A stretch of DNA of 64,000 nt from an uncultured Candidatus Rokubacteria bacterium (GTDB taxonomy: Bacteria > Methylomirabilota > Methylomirabilia > Rokubacteriales > DASRDR01), in NCBI GenBank assembly GCA_963826115.1, contig CAWGVS010000012.1:1-64000 (forward strand). Direction: 5' to 3'. A program made the translations under genes and the position numbers. Below the pieces are notes generated by a model. That model saw only the letters and a list, made by a program, of their open reading frames with translations. It had not been told where the DNA came from and did not search any database. Positions 42,758-51,531 of this stretch are shown one piece after another (position 1 is the first letter of the stretch; each line of letters opens with the position of its first letter).

Positions 42758-43662
42758 GACGTCTTCTGCCGGGTGATCATCAGGCCCACGCTCATGACCA
42801 TGAGGATCAGGAAGTACACGACGACCACCGCCGAGGCGAAGCCGATGTTGAAGAAGGCGAAGGCCTGGAGGTACAGGAAGATGTTGAGCGTCTCCGTCGC
42901 GGTGCCCGGCCCCCCCTGCGTCATCACGTAGATGATGTCGAAGGTCTTGAGCGCGTCGATGGCCCGCAGGATGATCGCCACCATGATGTAGGGCCACACC
43001 AGCGGGATCGTCACGTACCGGATGACCTGCCAGCGGCTGGCCCCGTCGATCCGCGCGGCCTCGTAGGGCTCCGTGGGCAGGGCGGCCAGACCGCCGAGGA
43101 CGATCAGCATCACGAAGGGCGTCCACTGCCAGGTCTCGACCAGCGCGAGGCTCGGCAGCGCCGAGGTCCGCGAGAAGATCCACGGCTGCGGTCCGATCCC
43201 CACGAGGCTCAGGAGGTAGTTCAGGATCCCGAGCTGCGGGTGGAACATCATCTGCCAGATGAGGGCGATGGAGACCGGCGTCGCCATCATGGGAAGCGAG
43301 AAGATCGTCCGGATCAGCCCGCGGCCCGGGAACGGGCGCGCGAACGCGAGCGCCGCCGCCGTGCCCAGGACGGTCGGCCCCAGCACGCCGATCGCCGTGA
43401 AGAGGAACGTGCGCGGGATCGCCTCGAGGAAGCGCTGGTTCCCGAGGAGCTGGCGGTAGTTGGCGAGGCCGATGAACGGCGGCGGGCCGGCCGCCCCCAT
43501 CGAGTACTCGTGGACCGCCATCCACAAGGTGTAGACGAGCGGGTACGCGATGATGAGCAGGATGGTGACCACGGCGGGCAGGATCATCAGCGTGTACACG
43601 TGACGGCCCAGCCCGCGGCGAGCCCGCCGCGGGCTGGGGAGGGTACGCGCGCCGACGGCCAC
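42748..43662 (-). CDS. Carbohydrate ABC permease (MalF-like)
   Basis: FIGLANY, WQWTPF, YEAARIDGA, TQGGPGTATE. Confidence 0.92.
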   Translation of the reverse strand: MAVGARTLPSPRRARRGLGRHVYTLMILPAVVTILLIIAYPLVYTLWMAVHEYSMGAAGPPPFIGLANYRQLLGNQRFLEAIPRTFLFTAIGVLGPTVLGTAAALAFARPFPGRGLIRTIFSLPMMATPVSIALIWQMMFHPQLGILNYLLSLVGIGPQPWIFSRTSALPSLALVETWQWTPFVMLIVLGGLAALPTEPYEAARIDGASRWQVIRYVTIPLVWPYIMVAIILRAIDALKTFDIIYVMTQGGPGTATETLNIFLYLQAFAFFNIGFASAVVVVYFLILMVMSVGLMITRQKTSWQ

Positions 43663-43694
43663 GGTGCGGTGGTCCTCGGAGCCGGCGATGAGGA

Positions 43695-45034
43695 CTAGCT
43701 CTTGAGCCCCTTCTGGAAGGTCGGCTCGAACTCCTTGGTCGCCGCCTCGAGGAGCGTCTTCGGGTCGCCGCCCTCGATCATCTTCGTGAGGGCGACGCCG
43801 AAGGTATCGCGGAACAGGCTCACGTCCCGCAGCTCCGGCAGCTGGGGCCGGGGGTTCTTCAGCGCTTCCGCCACCGCGTCGATCCAGGCCTTCGGCATCT
43901 TGTGCGCCTTGACGAACTCGGGATCGGCGTAGATCGAGGTCCGCGTGCCGATCATGGCGCCCTCGGACATCATGTGGAAATGGACGGGCCGGCTGCTGAC
44001 CCACGCCGCGAAGAGCCAGGACGCTTCCTTGTTCTTGCCGAAGGGGTTGAGCGCGATCGCGTCCATGGCCGTGCCCGCCGAAGGGCTTCATCTTGGCGCT
44101 CCCGGGGTGCGGGGCGTAGCCGACCTTGCCGACGACCTTGGACTTCGACGGATCCTCGAACGGCGCCGCGAACTGGATGCTGTCGGGCCAGCAGGCCACG
44201 AGCCCCTGGGTGAAGGCACCCTGGGCCTCCATCCAGTTGAAGCCGATCGAGCCGGTCGGGCGCGTAGGTCCGCATGAGGTCGGCGTAGATCTTCGCCGCC
44301 TCGACGGCCTCCGGCGTCGTGGTCATGAGCTGGGTCTTCGTCTTGTCGAGGTAGTCGCCGCCCAGCGCGATCGTGAGGCAGCCCCACACCGGGATGTTGG
44401 CGTTCTTGAGCCCGCGTCCCGCGTAGCCGTACACCGCGGGCGGCTTATGGAGCGCCTTCACCGCGGCGATCAGCTCGTCGACCGTCGTCGTCGGCTTGAG
44501 CCCCTTCTCGGCGTAGAGGTCCTTCCGGTACATGTACGCGCCGAGCCCGACGCCCATCGGGATCGCCACGATGGTCCCGTCGCCCTTGAGCCCCCAGTAG
44601 GTTCCCGCCGGGCCGAAGTCCTTCCAGTTGTAGTCCGGGGGCGTGAGGTTCGCGTTGTCCAGGTACTTGTTCAGCGGCTCGTACCAGCCGGCCGCCGAGA
44701 AGAGGATCTTCTCGACGTGCATCGAGCTGGCGAAGACGTCGATGCCGGGGGACTTCGCGTTCATCTCGATCGGGAGCTTCTGGCGAAGCTGCTGCTCCGG
44801 GACGACCTGGTACTCGACCTGGATGCCGGTCATCTTGGTGAAGTCGGGGACCATCTTCTGGAGCACCGTGTAGTAGGGCGACAGCGGGGCCGTCACGACG
44901 ATCGACTTCCCCTTCTGCTGCATCCAGTCGAAGTTCGCCGCCTGCGCCCAGGGACGGCGGGCGAGCGAGCCGGCGGCGAGCCCCAGCCCCATCCCGAGCA
45001 CCTGACGGCGAGACGGCGCGTACGAACCCTGCAT
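43695..45034 (-). CDS. Sugar ABC substrate-binding protein with Tat signal, split by two apparent +1 frameshifts (44258-44260, 44074-44076)
   Basis: SRRQVL twin-arginine signal, YRKDL; the frames rejoin as YAPTGSIGFNWMEAQG and PFGGTAMDAIALN once one base is removed from each G/C triplet. Confidence 0.85.
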
Positions 45035-45250
45035 ATGCCCTCCTTGGTCGATCTTTCGGTTCGGAACCGGCACGGGAGAATCCACGAGCCTCCGGTGGCC
45101 GCCACGAGGATACTCCAGGGCGCACGCGCGAACCAGGCACCGGCCCGGCATGCCGGCGCCGACGCCCCGAGACCGCGATGGCTCCTCGGTTGCCGGGACA
45201 TCGCGCCACGGGTAAGGTGGGCCGGTCACTCTCACAAACAAGGAGCCATC

Positions 45251-46249
45251 ATGGCGATCGGGAGTCATCGGCTGGAGTACGAAGTCGTGCAGGGCTGGGA
45301 GCGCCTTCCGGAGGGCTGGGCGTTCACCGAGGTGGTCGGCGTCGCGGTCGACTCCCGCGAGCGCGTGTTCGTCTTCTGCCGCGGGGCGCACCCGCTCATC
45401 GTCTTCGACAAGGACGGCCGGTTCGTCGACGCGTGGGGTGCCGGCGCCTTCGTGCGCCCCCACGGGATCTTCATCAGCCCCGACGACCGCGTGTTCCTCG
45501 TCGACGACGAGGGCCACACGGTCTACGAGTACACGACCCAGGGCGCCCTGCGCCGGCGACTCGGCGACGGCCGGCCCTCGGACACGGGTTACGTCCCCGG
45601 GCGGTCGCCCGTCGCGCGGGGCGCGGCGCCGTTCAACACGGTGACGAACGTGGCGCTCGCCCCCGACGGCGAGCTCTACGCGGCCGACGGCTACGGCAAC
45701 GCGCGCGTCCACCGCTTCGCGGCCGACGGCCGGCTGCTCCAGTCGTGGGGCGAGCCGGGCAGCGCGCCCGGTCAGTTCAACCTTCCGCACGGGATCGCGA
45801 TCGACCGGCGCGGGCGCGTCTACGTCGCGGACCGCGAGAACAGCCGGATCCAGGTGTTCTCGCGCGACGGAAGTCTCCTCGAGATCTGGGACTGGCCCAA
45901 CCGGCCGTGCGACCTGTTCATCGACGCCGAGGAGCGGATCCACGTCGCCGAGCTCGGCTTCGTCGTCGGCAACGAGCCGGTCCCGCACCTCCGGCTCATG
46001 CAGCACCCACCCGCCGGCCACACGCCGATCGCGCGCGTCTCCATCTGCACCCCGGACGGCGCGCTGATCGGCCAGGTGGGCGGCGCGGAGTCGATCCTGC
46101 CCGGGAACTTCTTCGCGCCCCACGGACTCTGCGCGAGCGCGCGCGGCGACCTCTACGTCGGCGAGGTCGTGGCGGCGACCGGCGTGGTCCGGCGCCTCGC
46201 GCCGCTCACGCCCCACTGCTTCCAGAAGTTCGTGCGGCGGGCCGGCTGA
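45251..46249 (+). CDS. NHL-repeat beta-propeller (peptidyl-alpha-hydroxyglycine lyase-like)
   Basis: GVAVDS, RPHGI, YAADGYGNARVHRF, FNLPHGI, YVADRENSRIQVF; AGGAG RBS. Confidence 0.88.
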   Translation: MAIGSHRLEYEVVQGWERLPEGWAFTEVVGVAVDSRERVFVFCRGAHPLIVFDKDGRFVDAWGAGAFVRPHGIFISPDDRVFLVDDEGHTVYEYTTQGALRRRLGDGRPSDTGYVPGRSPVARGAAPFNTVTNVALAPDGELYAADGYGNARVHRFAADGRLLQSWGEPGSAPGQFNLPHGIAIDRRGRVYVADRENSRIQVFSRDGSLLEIWDWPNRPCDLFIDAEERIHVAELGFVVGNEPVPHLRLMQHPPAGHTPIARVSICTPDGALIGQVGGAESILPGNFFAPHGLCASARGDLYVGEVVAATGVVRRLAPLTPHCFQKFVRRAG

Positions 46250-46427
46250 GTCCGGGCCGACGCGCGGCGACCGAGACGCGCGCGGTTGCTGCCTCCGCGG
46301 GTCCGCGCTACACTCCGGCAGCCCTGAGGACGACGCACGTCCGTGGCGATCGGCAGGATCCCCGGACGCCGGAGGCGGCGATCAGCGTGGTGACCTCTCG
46401 CGGTTCCGACCGCTCCCGCGGGATCTC

Positions 46428-47027
46428 GTGACGTCGGGCCCGCCGTCGGCCGAGGATCCGGCCGACGCGATCCGGCGGCAGGTCCGCCTGGTGCCGGGCT
46501 TGGGCACCGGCCGCCTTCACCTGCTCCACCCCTTCAACGGCCGCTTCCACCCGATCGATCACGCGGCGCTCGACTCGCTCGTCGGAGCGATGGCCAGGCG
46601 GATCGACATCGCCGCCATCGATTGCGTCCTGGGATTCCCCGAGGGCGGATCGATTCCCGCCTATGCGTTCGGTCGCGCCGTCGGCCGGCCGGTCCTCCTC
46701 GCGTCGCGAATGCCTCTCGACATCCCGGGCGCGATCACCTTCGAACAACCGCAGGCCGGGCTCGGCAAGACCCATCACCTCTTCGGGCTCCGGCGCGGCG
46801 ATCGCGTCCTGATCTTCGAGGACGAGATCACCAACGGCCGGACCGCCGTCAACGCCGCGCGGGCGCTCCGGGAGGCCGGGCTCCTGATCGACCAGATCGC
46901 GACCTTGTTCGCCATCGACCATCCGACCCTGTGGAAGCGGATGGAGGCCGCCGAGCTCACCCTGCACGTCGGTGTGCGGCTGCCGCCGACGCTCGCACCG
47001 CGCCCGCTGGACCCGGACGTCGAGTGA
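46428..47027 (+). CDS. Type I phosphoribosyltransferase (Apt/Xpt-like)
   Basis: GFPEGG and the PRPP-binding loop VLIFEDEITNGRT. Confidence 0.8.
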   Translation: MTSGPPSAEDPADAIRRQVRLVPGLGTGRLHLLHPFNGRFHPIDHAALDSLVGAMARRIDIAAIDCVLGFPEGGSIPAYAFGRAVGRPVLLASRMPLDIPGAITFEQPQAGLGKTHHLFGLRRGDRVLIFEDEITNGRTAVNAARALREAGLLIDQIATLFAIDHPTLWKRMEAAELTLHVGVRLPPTLAPRPLDPDVE

Positions 47028-47061
47028 GCGTTCGGGGACGGCCGGGCGCGTCGCGCCACCC

Positions 47062-47733
47062 GTGGTGAGCGAGGCGGCCGGCATCGACGCAATCGTCCTG
47101 GCCGCGGGGCGCGGGGAGCGTCTCGGTCTCGGCCCCAAGGCCTGGTTGATCCTGGGCGGCCGCACGCTGCTGGAGCGCGCGGTCGAGACTCTCCGGGACC
47201 TCCCGGCCCGGGTGTTCGTGGGGGTCGCGCCCGAGGACCTCGGCCGGGCGCGCGGGGCGCGCGACGCCGGCGCGGTGGTCGTGCCCGGGGGCGCGACGCA
47301 CCGGGAGACGATGCTCGCCGCCTTCCGGGCCGGCGACGCGCCCCTGGTCCTCGTCCACGACGTCGCGCATCCCTTCGTGACCCGCGCGCTCGCCCTCGAG
47401 GTGGTGGCGGCCGCCCGCGCGAGGGGCGCCGCGGTGGCGGCGGTCCGCACGACCTCGACGGCCTACCACCAGGTCGGCGACGCGCCCGGGGCGAGGTTCG
47501 ACGCCGGCACGATCTGGACGGTGCGCCGGCCCTTCGCGTTCCACCGCGCGGACTTCATGCGCGGCCTCGAGCCGGGCTCGGGGCGGGAGGGGCTCAGCGT
47601 CATCCTGGCGCGGGCCGGGGTCCGCACCGCGCTCGTCCCGTCGCCGGCCTGGAACATCAAGATCACGACGGCCGACGACTGGGCGCTGGCACAGGCCATC
47701 GATCAGGGGCTCCGCCCGCCGGCGCCGGGATGA
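47062..47733 (+). CDS. IspD/TarI-family cytidylyltransferase, divergent
   Basis: AIVLAAGRGERLG..PKA, VPGGATHRET, VLVHDVAHPF, NIKITTADD. Confidence 0.8.
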   Translation: MVSEAAGIDAIVLAAGRGERLGLGPKAWLILGGRTLLERAVETLRDLPARVFVGVAPEDLGRARGARDAGAVVVPGGATHRETMLAAFRAGDAPLVLVHDVAHPFVTRALALEVVAAARARGAAVAAVRTTSTAYHQVGDAPGARFDAGTIWTVRRPFAFHRADFMRGLEPGSGREGLSVILARAGVRTALVPSPAWNIKITTADDWALAQAIDQGLRPPAPG

Positions 47734-48902
47734 CGCCCGCCCGCGTCGCGTTCTTCGCGTATCTCCCCTTCCTGGCCCCGATCCTCCGGCCCATCCACGA
47801 CGCCCTCGGCGGACGAGCGGCGTGCCTGCTCACCGGGAGCCGCCGCGCGGTCCGCGACTTCCGGCCGCACGTGGTCGTGATGGCCCACCACGCGCACCTC
47901 GAGTACTTCCGGTACCACCTCCCGGGCGCCGTCATCGTGAACGTCCGCCACGGGATGATCAGCAAGCGGAACCTCCAGCGGCTGCCGGCGCGCCGCTCGG
48001 CGCGGACCTTCGACTTCGTCTGCATCGGCGACGCGAACAGCCTCGCCAATCACGCGCGCGCCGGCATCGTCCCCCGCGGCTTCTGGCTCACCGGCTACCC
48101 GCAGCTCGACCCGCTGTTCCGGGGCGACCCGCCGGCCGCGCTGCCGTTCGGCCGATCGGGGCCCACCGTTCTCTACGCGCCCACGTGGAACCTCGGGCTG
48201 ACCTCCGCGTCGCTCTTCGGCCCCCGGCTGGTCGCGCTCCTGCGCGCCCGGGTGCCGGCGCTGAACGTGGTGATCAAGCCCCATCCCGTGATCGGCGACT
48301 GGCGGCCCGGCTGGATGACCTGGTGGCGTGAGCTGGCCCGGCGCGAGCCCGGCGTGCACCTCGTCGAGGACACCCACGCCGACGTGACGCCGTACATGCT
48401 GGCGGCCGACGCCCTGGTCTCGGACGCCTCGAGCGTGGTGTTCGAGTTCCTGGCGCTGGATCGCCCGATCGTGCTGGTGACGAACCCGCGCCACCGGGCC
48501 GATCCCGCGTACGACCCCGAGAGCATCATCTGGCGCTGGCGGGACGTCGGCGAGGAGATCCACGACGTCGCGGAGGTCGGGCCGGCGGTGGAGCGCGCCC
48601 TTCGCGAGCCCGGCCGGCACGCCGAGCGCCGGACCCACTACGCGCGGCAGCTGTTCGGGCCACGCGCGGACGGCAAGAGCCACGAGCGCATCGCGGAGCG
48701 CGTGGCCGAGGTCGCGCAGCAGGTGGCCGGCGGGACGGGACCCGCCGATCCGGCGCCCGTCAGCTCACCGGGCCGCGTCGCCTGGCGGTGGAAGGACCTC
48801 CGGTACCTCGTCGCGAGCCAGCCGTGGTTCGGGGCGATCCTGCGGCACCGGGAGGCGGCCCGGTTCCGCCGCCGCGCGTGGGCCCTCCGCCGGCCCGACT
48901 GA
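47730..48902 (+). CDS. CDP-glycerol/ribitol:polymer phosphotransferase (TagB/TagF family)
   Basis: HG, TGYPQLD, VLYAPTW, IKPHP, ADALVSDASSVVFEFLALDRPIV; ATGA overlap. Confidence 0.85.
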   Translation: MTPARVAFFAYLPFLAPILRPIHDALGGRAACLLTGSRRAVRDFRPHVVVMAHHAHLEYFRYHLPGAVIVNVRHGMISKRNLQRLPARRSARTFDFVCIGDANSLANHARAGIVPRGFWLTGYPQLDPLFRGDPPAALPFGRSGPTVLYAPTWNLGLTSASLFGPRLVALLRARVPALNVVIKPHPVIGDWRPGWMTWWRELARREPGVHLVEDTHADVTPYMLAADALVSDASSVVFEFLALDRPIVLVTNPRHRADPAYDPESIIWRWRDVGEEIHDVAEVGPAVERALREPGRHAERRTHYARQLFGPRADGKSHERIAERVAEVAQQVAGGTGPADPAPVSSPGRVAWRWKDLRYLVASQPWFGAILRHREAARFRRRAWALRRPD

Positions 48903-48918
48903 CCCGAACCCACGCGCG

Positions 48919-50304
48919 CTAGCCGCGGGCGGGAGTCGGGCCGGGGTCAGCTCCCCGCGCGGCGCGCACGTACTGCTGGATCTGCGTGTAGTAGTGCTCG
49001 GGGACGTCGAAGGGCGGGCGGCCGCCGTACACCAGCATCTCGATGACCCGGTCGATCTCAGCCTGCGGCACCGGACTGGGCTCGCCGCGCGCCAAGCCGT
49101 CCAGGAACCGATGAATGTCTGTCGGATCCGCGGCCCGGAGGCACCCTCCCTCGTCGTCGAAGATCAGCCGGTTCGTGTGGAGGTACACGGGGTAGATCAG
49201 CGGCTTCCGTTTGATCAGGAGCTCCAGCGATACTCCCGATCCAAGGAGCAGAGCGGCGTCCGTCCCATCGATCAAGGCTGGCGTGTGGGCATCGGTCCCG
49301 AGCCAGACGTCCGGACGTCCGAGCAGTCGCCGCATCTCCTCGCCGCCAGCTTCGGATTCCACGCGGGGATGGGGCTTCAGGACCACGTCCACGTCTCCCC
49401 GGTCGAGGATGCTGCGCACGAGCGAGGCGAAGCCCGGCCCGTCGACGAACGGGCTCGCCTTGGGCACCAGCACGAGGAGGCGGACGCGACCCGTCGTCCC
49501 AGACGGGCCCTGCCATGGCGGGCAGATCTCCTGGACGATCCGCATCCAGGGCGCGGAATAGCGCAGACTGCCCCAGGTTCTCGTCATTGCCGGGCGGATC
49601 ATGCCGCGGTGGATGTCCAGCAGACGCTGCGACTCGGACGGATACACGTACGCGGAGAACGCGTTGCGCCCATAGAGATCGGCCGGTGACAAGCCGGCCT
49701 GAGCCCGCCGCAGGCGCGCCGCCGACCGCGCGCTGTCGTCGGGCTTCATGATGGTCAGGACCCCGTGAGGCAGACACAGGGTCGGGAGTCCCAGGGCGCG
49801 CGCCGCCTCGAGCACGGACGTCCGGAGGGGCGCCGGACCGAGGAGTCGAAGCGCTAGGCCGACGCACTCGCACAAGGATTCGCCGCTCGCCGCCGCGCGC
49901 GCCGCCTTGCGAAGGCGATCCCATCCCCGCCCGGGCAGGATGCTCCGGCCCCAGTCCGTGCAACACGCGGCAACCTGATGCCGCCGGAGCAGCGCGACCC
50001 AGCGGCGGCGGGTCCACAGGAACCGCGCGGCCAAGCGAACGAGGCGCCAGCGGGATGTCGCCCCCAGGGGGGCGAAGACGTCGAAGCCCGGGTATCGCGT
50101 CAGGAACTCGATCCGATAGTCGGTCTCGTACGGGAAAGGCCGCCAGAAGACGGCGAGCACCCGGTGCCCCTTCTCGAGGCACTTCCACATGAGCGGCGCC
50201 AGATGGTCGACGTCGGGATAGGCCCGCAGGAGGAACAGGATCGTCGAGGCGCCGGGGGCCGGCGACACGGGCGCCGGCGCGCCTTCGGAGGCTCCGGCGG
50301 TCAT
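48919..50304 (-). CDS. Hypothetical GT-B-like surface polysaccharide protein
   Basis: LPHG, GSLRY, VLKPHPR and GSGVSLELL resemble TagF/sialyltransferase-type motifs; GGGAGG RBS. Confidence 0.55.
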   Translation of the reverse strand: MTAGASEGAPAPVSPAPGASTILFLLRAYPDVDHLAPLMWKCLEKGHRVLAVFWRPFPYETDYRIEFLTRYPGFDVFAPLGATSRWRLVRLAARFLWTRRRWVALLRRHQVAACCTDWGRSILPGRGWDRLRKAARAAASGESLCECVGLALRLLGPAPLRTSVLEAARALGLPTLCLPHGVLTIMKPDDSARSAARLRRAQAGLSPADLYGRNAFSAYVYPSESQRLLDIHRGMIRPAMTRTWGSLRYSAPWMRIVQEICPPWQGPSGTTGRVRLLVLVPKASPFVDGPGFASLVRSILDRGDVDVVLKPHPRVESEAGGEEMRRLLGRPDVWLGTDAHTPALIDGTDAALLLGSGVSLELLIKRKPLIYPVYLHTNRLIFDDEGGCLRAADPTDIHRFLDGLARGEPSPVPQAEIDRVIEMLVYGGRPPFDVPEHYYTQIQQYVRAARGADPGPTPARG

Positions 50305-50600
50305 CCTCCCGCTCCGTTCGCGAGATGCGACCGGACCGCGCGCTGCCACTCGAGACACTCCGGGCCCAGGGGATCGCGAAGCCGCGGGAGCGGGATCGCG
50401 AGCTCGGCCATCACCCGCCCCGGCGAGGCCGACAGGACGACGACGCGATCCGCGAGGTAGACCGCCTCCGCCACGTCGTGCGTCACGTACACCACGGTCT
50501 TCCGCGTCGCCTGCCAGACCTCGACCAGGAGACGCTGCATCTCCGCCCGGGTGACGGCGGCGAGCGCCACGAGCCGGCGGTCGGAGGCTCGGCGATCCGT
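50301..50600 (-). pseudogene. 3' remnant of an SsuB/TauB-type ABC ATPase
   Basis: ALAAVTRAEMQ...KTVVYVTHDVAEAVYLADRVVVLSASPGR is intact; Walker B is decayed; Walker A and start are absent. Confidence 0.75.
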
Positions 50601-50650
50601 TGCCAGGACGAGTGGCCCCCCGTCACGGGACCGGCGGCCCCGAGGTGAGG

Positions 50651-51406
50651 CTAGCGGACGGCGCGCTTCGCGGCAGCGGCGACGAAGCGCTCGAAGAGCC
50701 GGCGGGACGGCGCGTGGCCGCCGCGCGCGAGCTCTTCCGGGTGCCACTGGACGCCGACCAGAAAGCTCCACCGCGCGGCGTCGACCGCCTCGACGCCTTC
50801 CACGAGGCCGTCGGGCGCGTGGGCGACCGCCGTGAGCGGCGGCGCCAGGGCCTTGATCCCCTGGTGGTGCATGCTGTTCACGTCCACCGTCTCCAGACCC
50901 AGGACGTCGGCGAGGCAGCTGCCGGCGTGGACGGTCACCGGATGATGCGGCTCGTGGCGCGGGCGGGGTGAGTCCCCCTGGGCCTGGTCGTGGACCACCT
51001 CCGCGGGGCGGTCGCTGGGCAGATCCTGGTAGAGCGTGCCGCCGAGGCCGACGTTCAGCACCTGGACGCCGCGGCAGATCGCCAGCACGGGCAGGTCGTC
51101 CGCCAGCGCCCACTCGAGGAGCTGGAACTCGAGGGCGTCCCGCTCGGGGACACTCTCGACGCTCGGGTGCTGGACCTCCTCGCCGTAGCGCTCGGGCGCC
51201 ACGTCCTCCCCGCCGGTCAGGACGAGCCCGTCGAGGAGGTCGTAGAGCGCGCGGAGCGCGGGGCCGCCGTGCGCCGGCGTCAGGACGAGCGGGATCCCGC
51301 CCGCTTCCTGGATGGCCACGATGTAGGGCTCGTTGAGGAAGGTCCGCCGGGTGCCGAGCTTCGTCGGCACGACCGACGCCGTCAGGCCGATGCGGGGCAG
51401 TCGCAC
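50651..51406 (-). CDS. Gamma-glutamyl-gamma-aminobutyrate hydrolase family (peptidase C26, PuuD-like)
   Basis: LTGGEDV, AICRGVQ, VNSMHHQG, GVQWHPE; start placed at GTG 51406, 7 nt after the -10 element. Confidence 0.9.
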   Translation of the reverse strand: MRLPRIGLTASVVPTKLGTRRTFLNEPYIVAIQEAGGIPLVLTPAHGGPALRALYDLLDGLVLTGGEDVAPERYGEEVQHPSVESVPERDALEFQLLEWALADDLPVLAICRGVQVLNVGLGGTLYQDLPSDRPAEVVHDQAQGDSPRPRHEPHHPVTVHAGSCLADVLGLETVDVNSMHHQGIKALAPPLTAVAHAPDGLVEGVEAVDAARWSFLVGVQWHPEELARGGHAPSRRLFERFVAAAAKRAVR

Positions 51407-51413
51407 GAGCGCC

Positions 51414-51443
51414 ACGCTAGCACCGCCTCACCTCACCTGTCAA
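51414..51443 (-). promoter_or_regulatory. Sigma70 promoter of the PuuD-like gene, probably leaderless
   Basis: Minus strand TTGACA-18 nt-TAGCGT with a TGn extension. Confidence 0.55.
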
Positions 51444-51531
51444 AACACCGATTTGGGATTGACCCCGGGTCCCGTCTGTGGTGGCATGGCGACGTGTCCG
51501 ACGTCGGGGCCTGGTGAGTGATGACCACACG

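Noticed and set aside
43695-45034. Programmed frameshifting or phase variation in the sugar-binding protein
   Set aside because: The indels lie in runs of only three G/C with no slippery heptamer or long repeat; sequencing error is more likely.
46309-46427. Possible riboswitch in the leader between TACACT (46309) and the PRTase start
   Set aside because: I could not match purine, PRPP/ykkC or ZTP consensus features by eye; an Infernal/Rfam scan would be needed.
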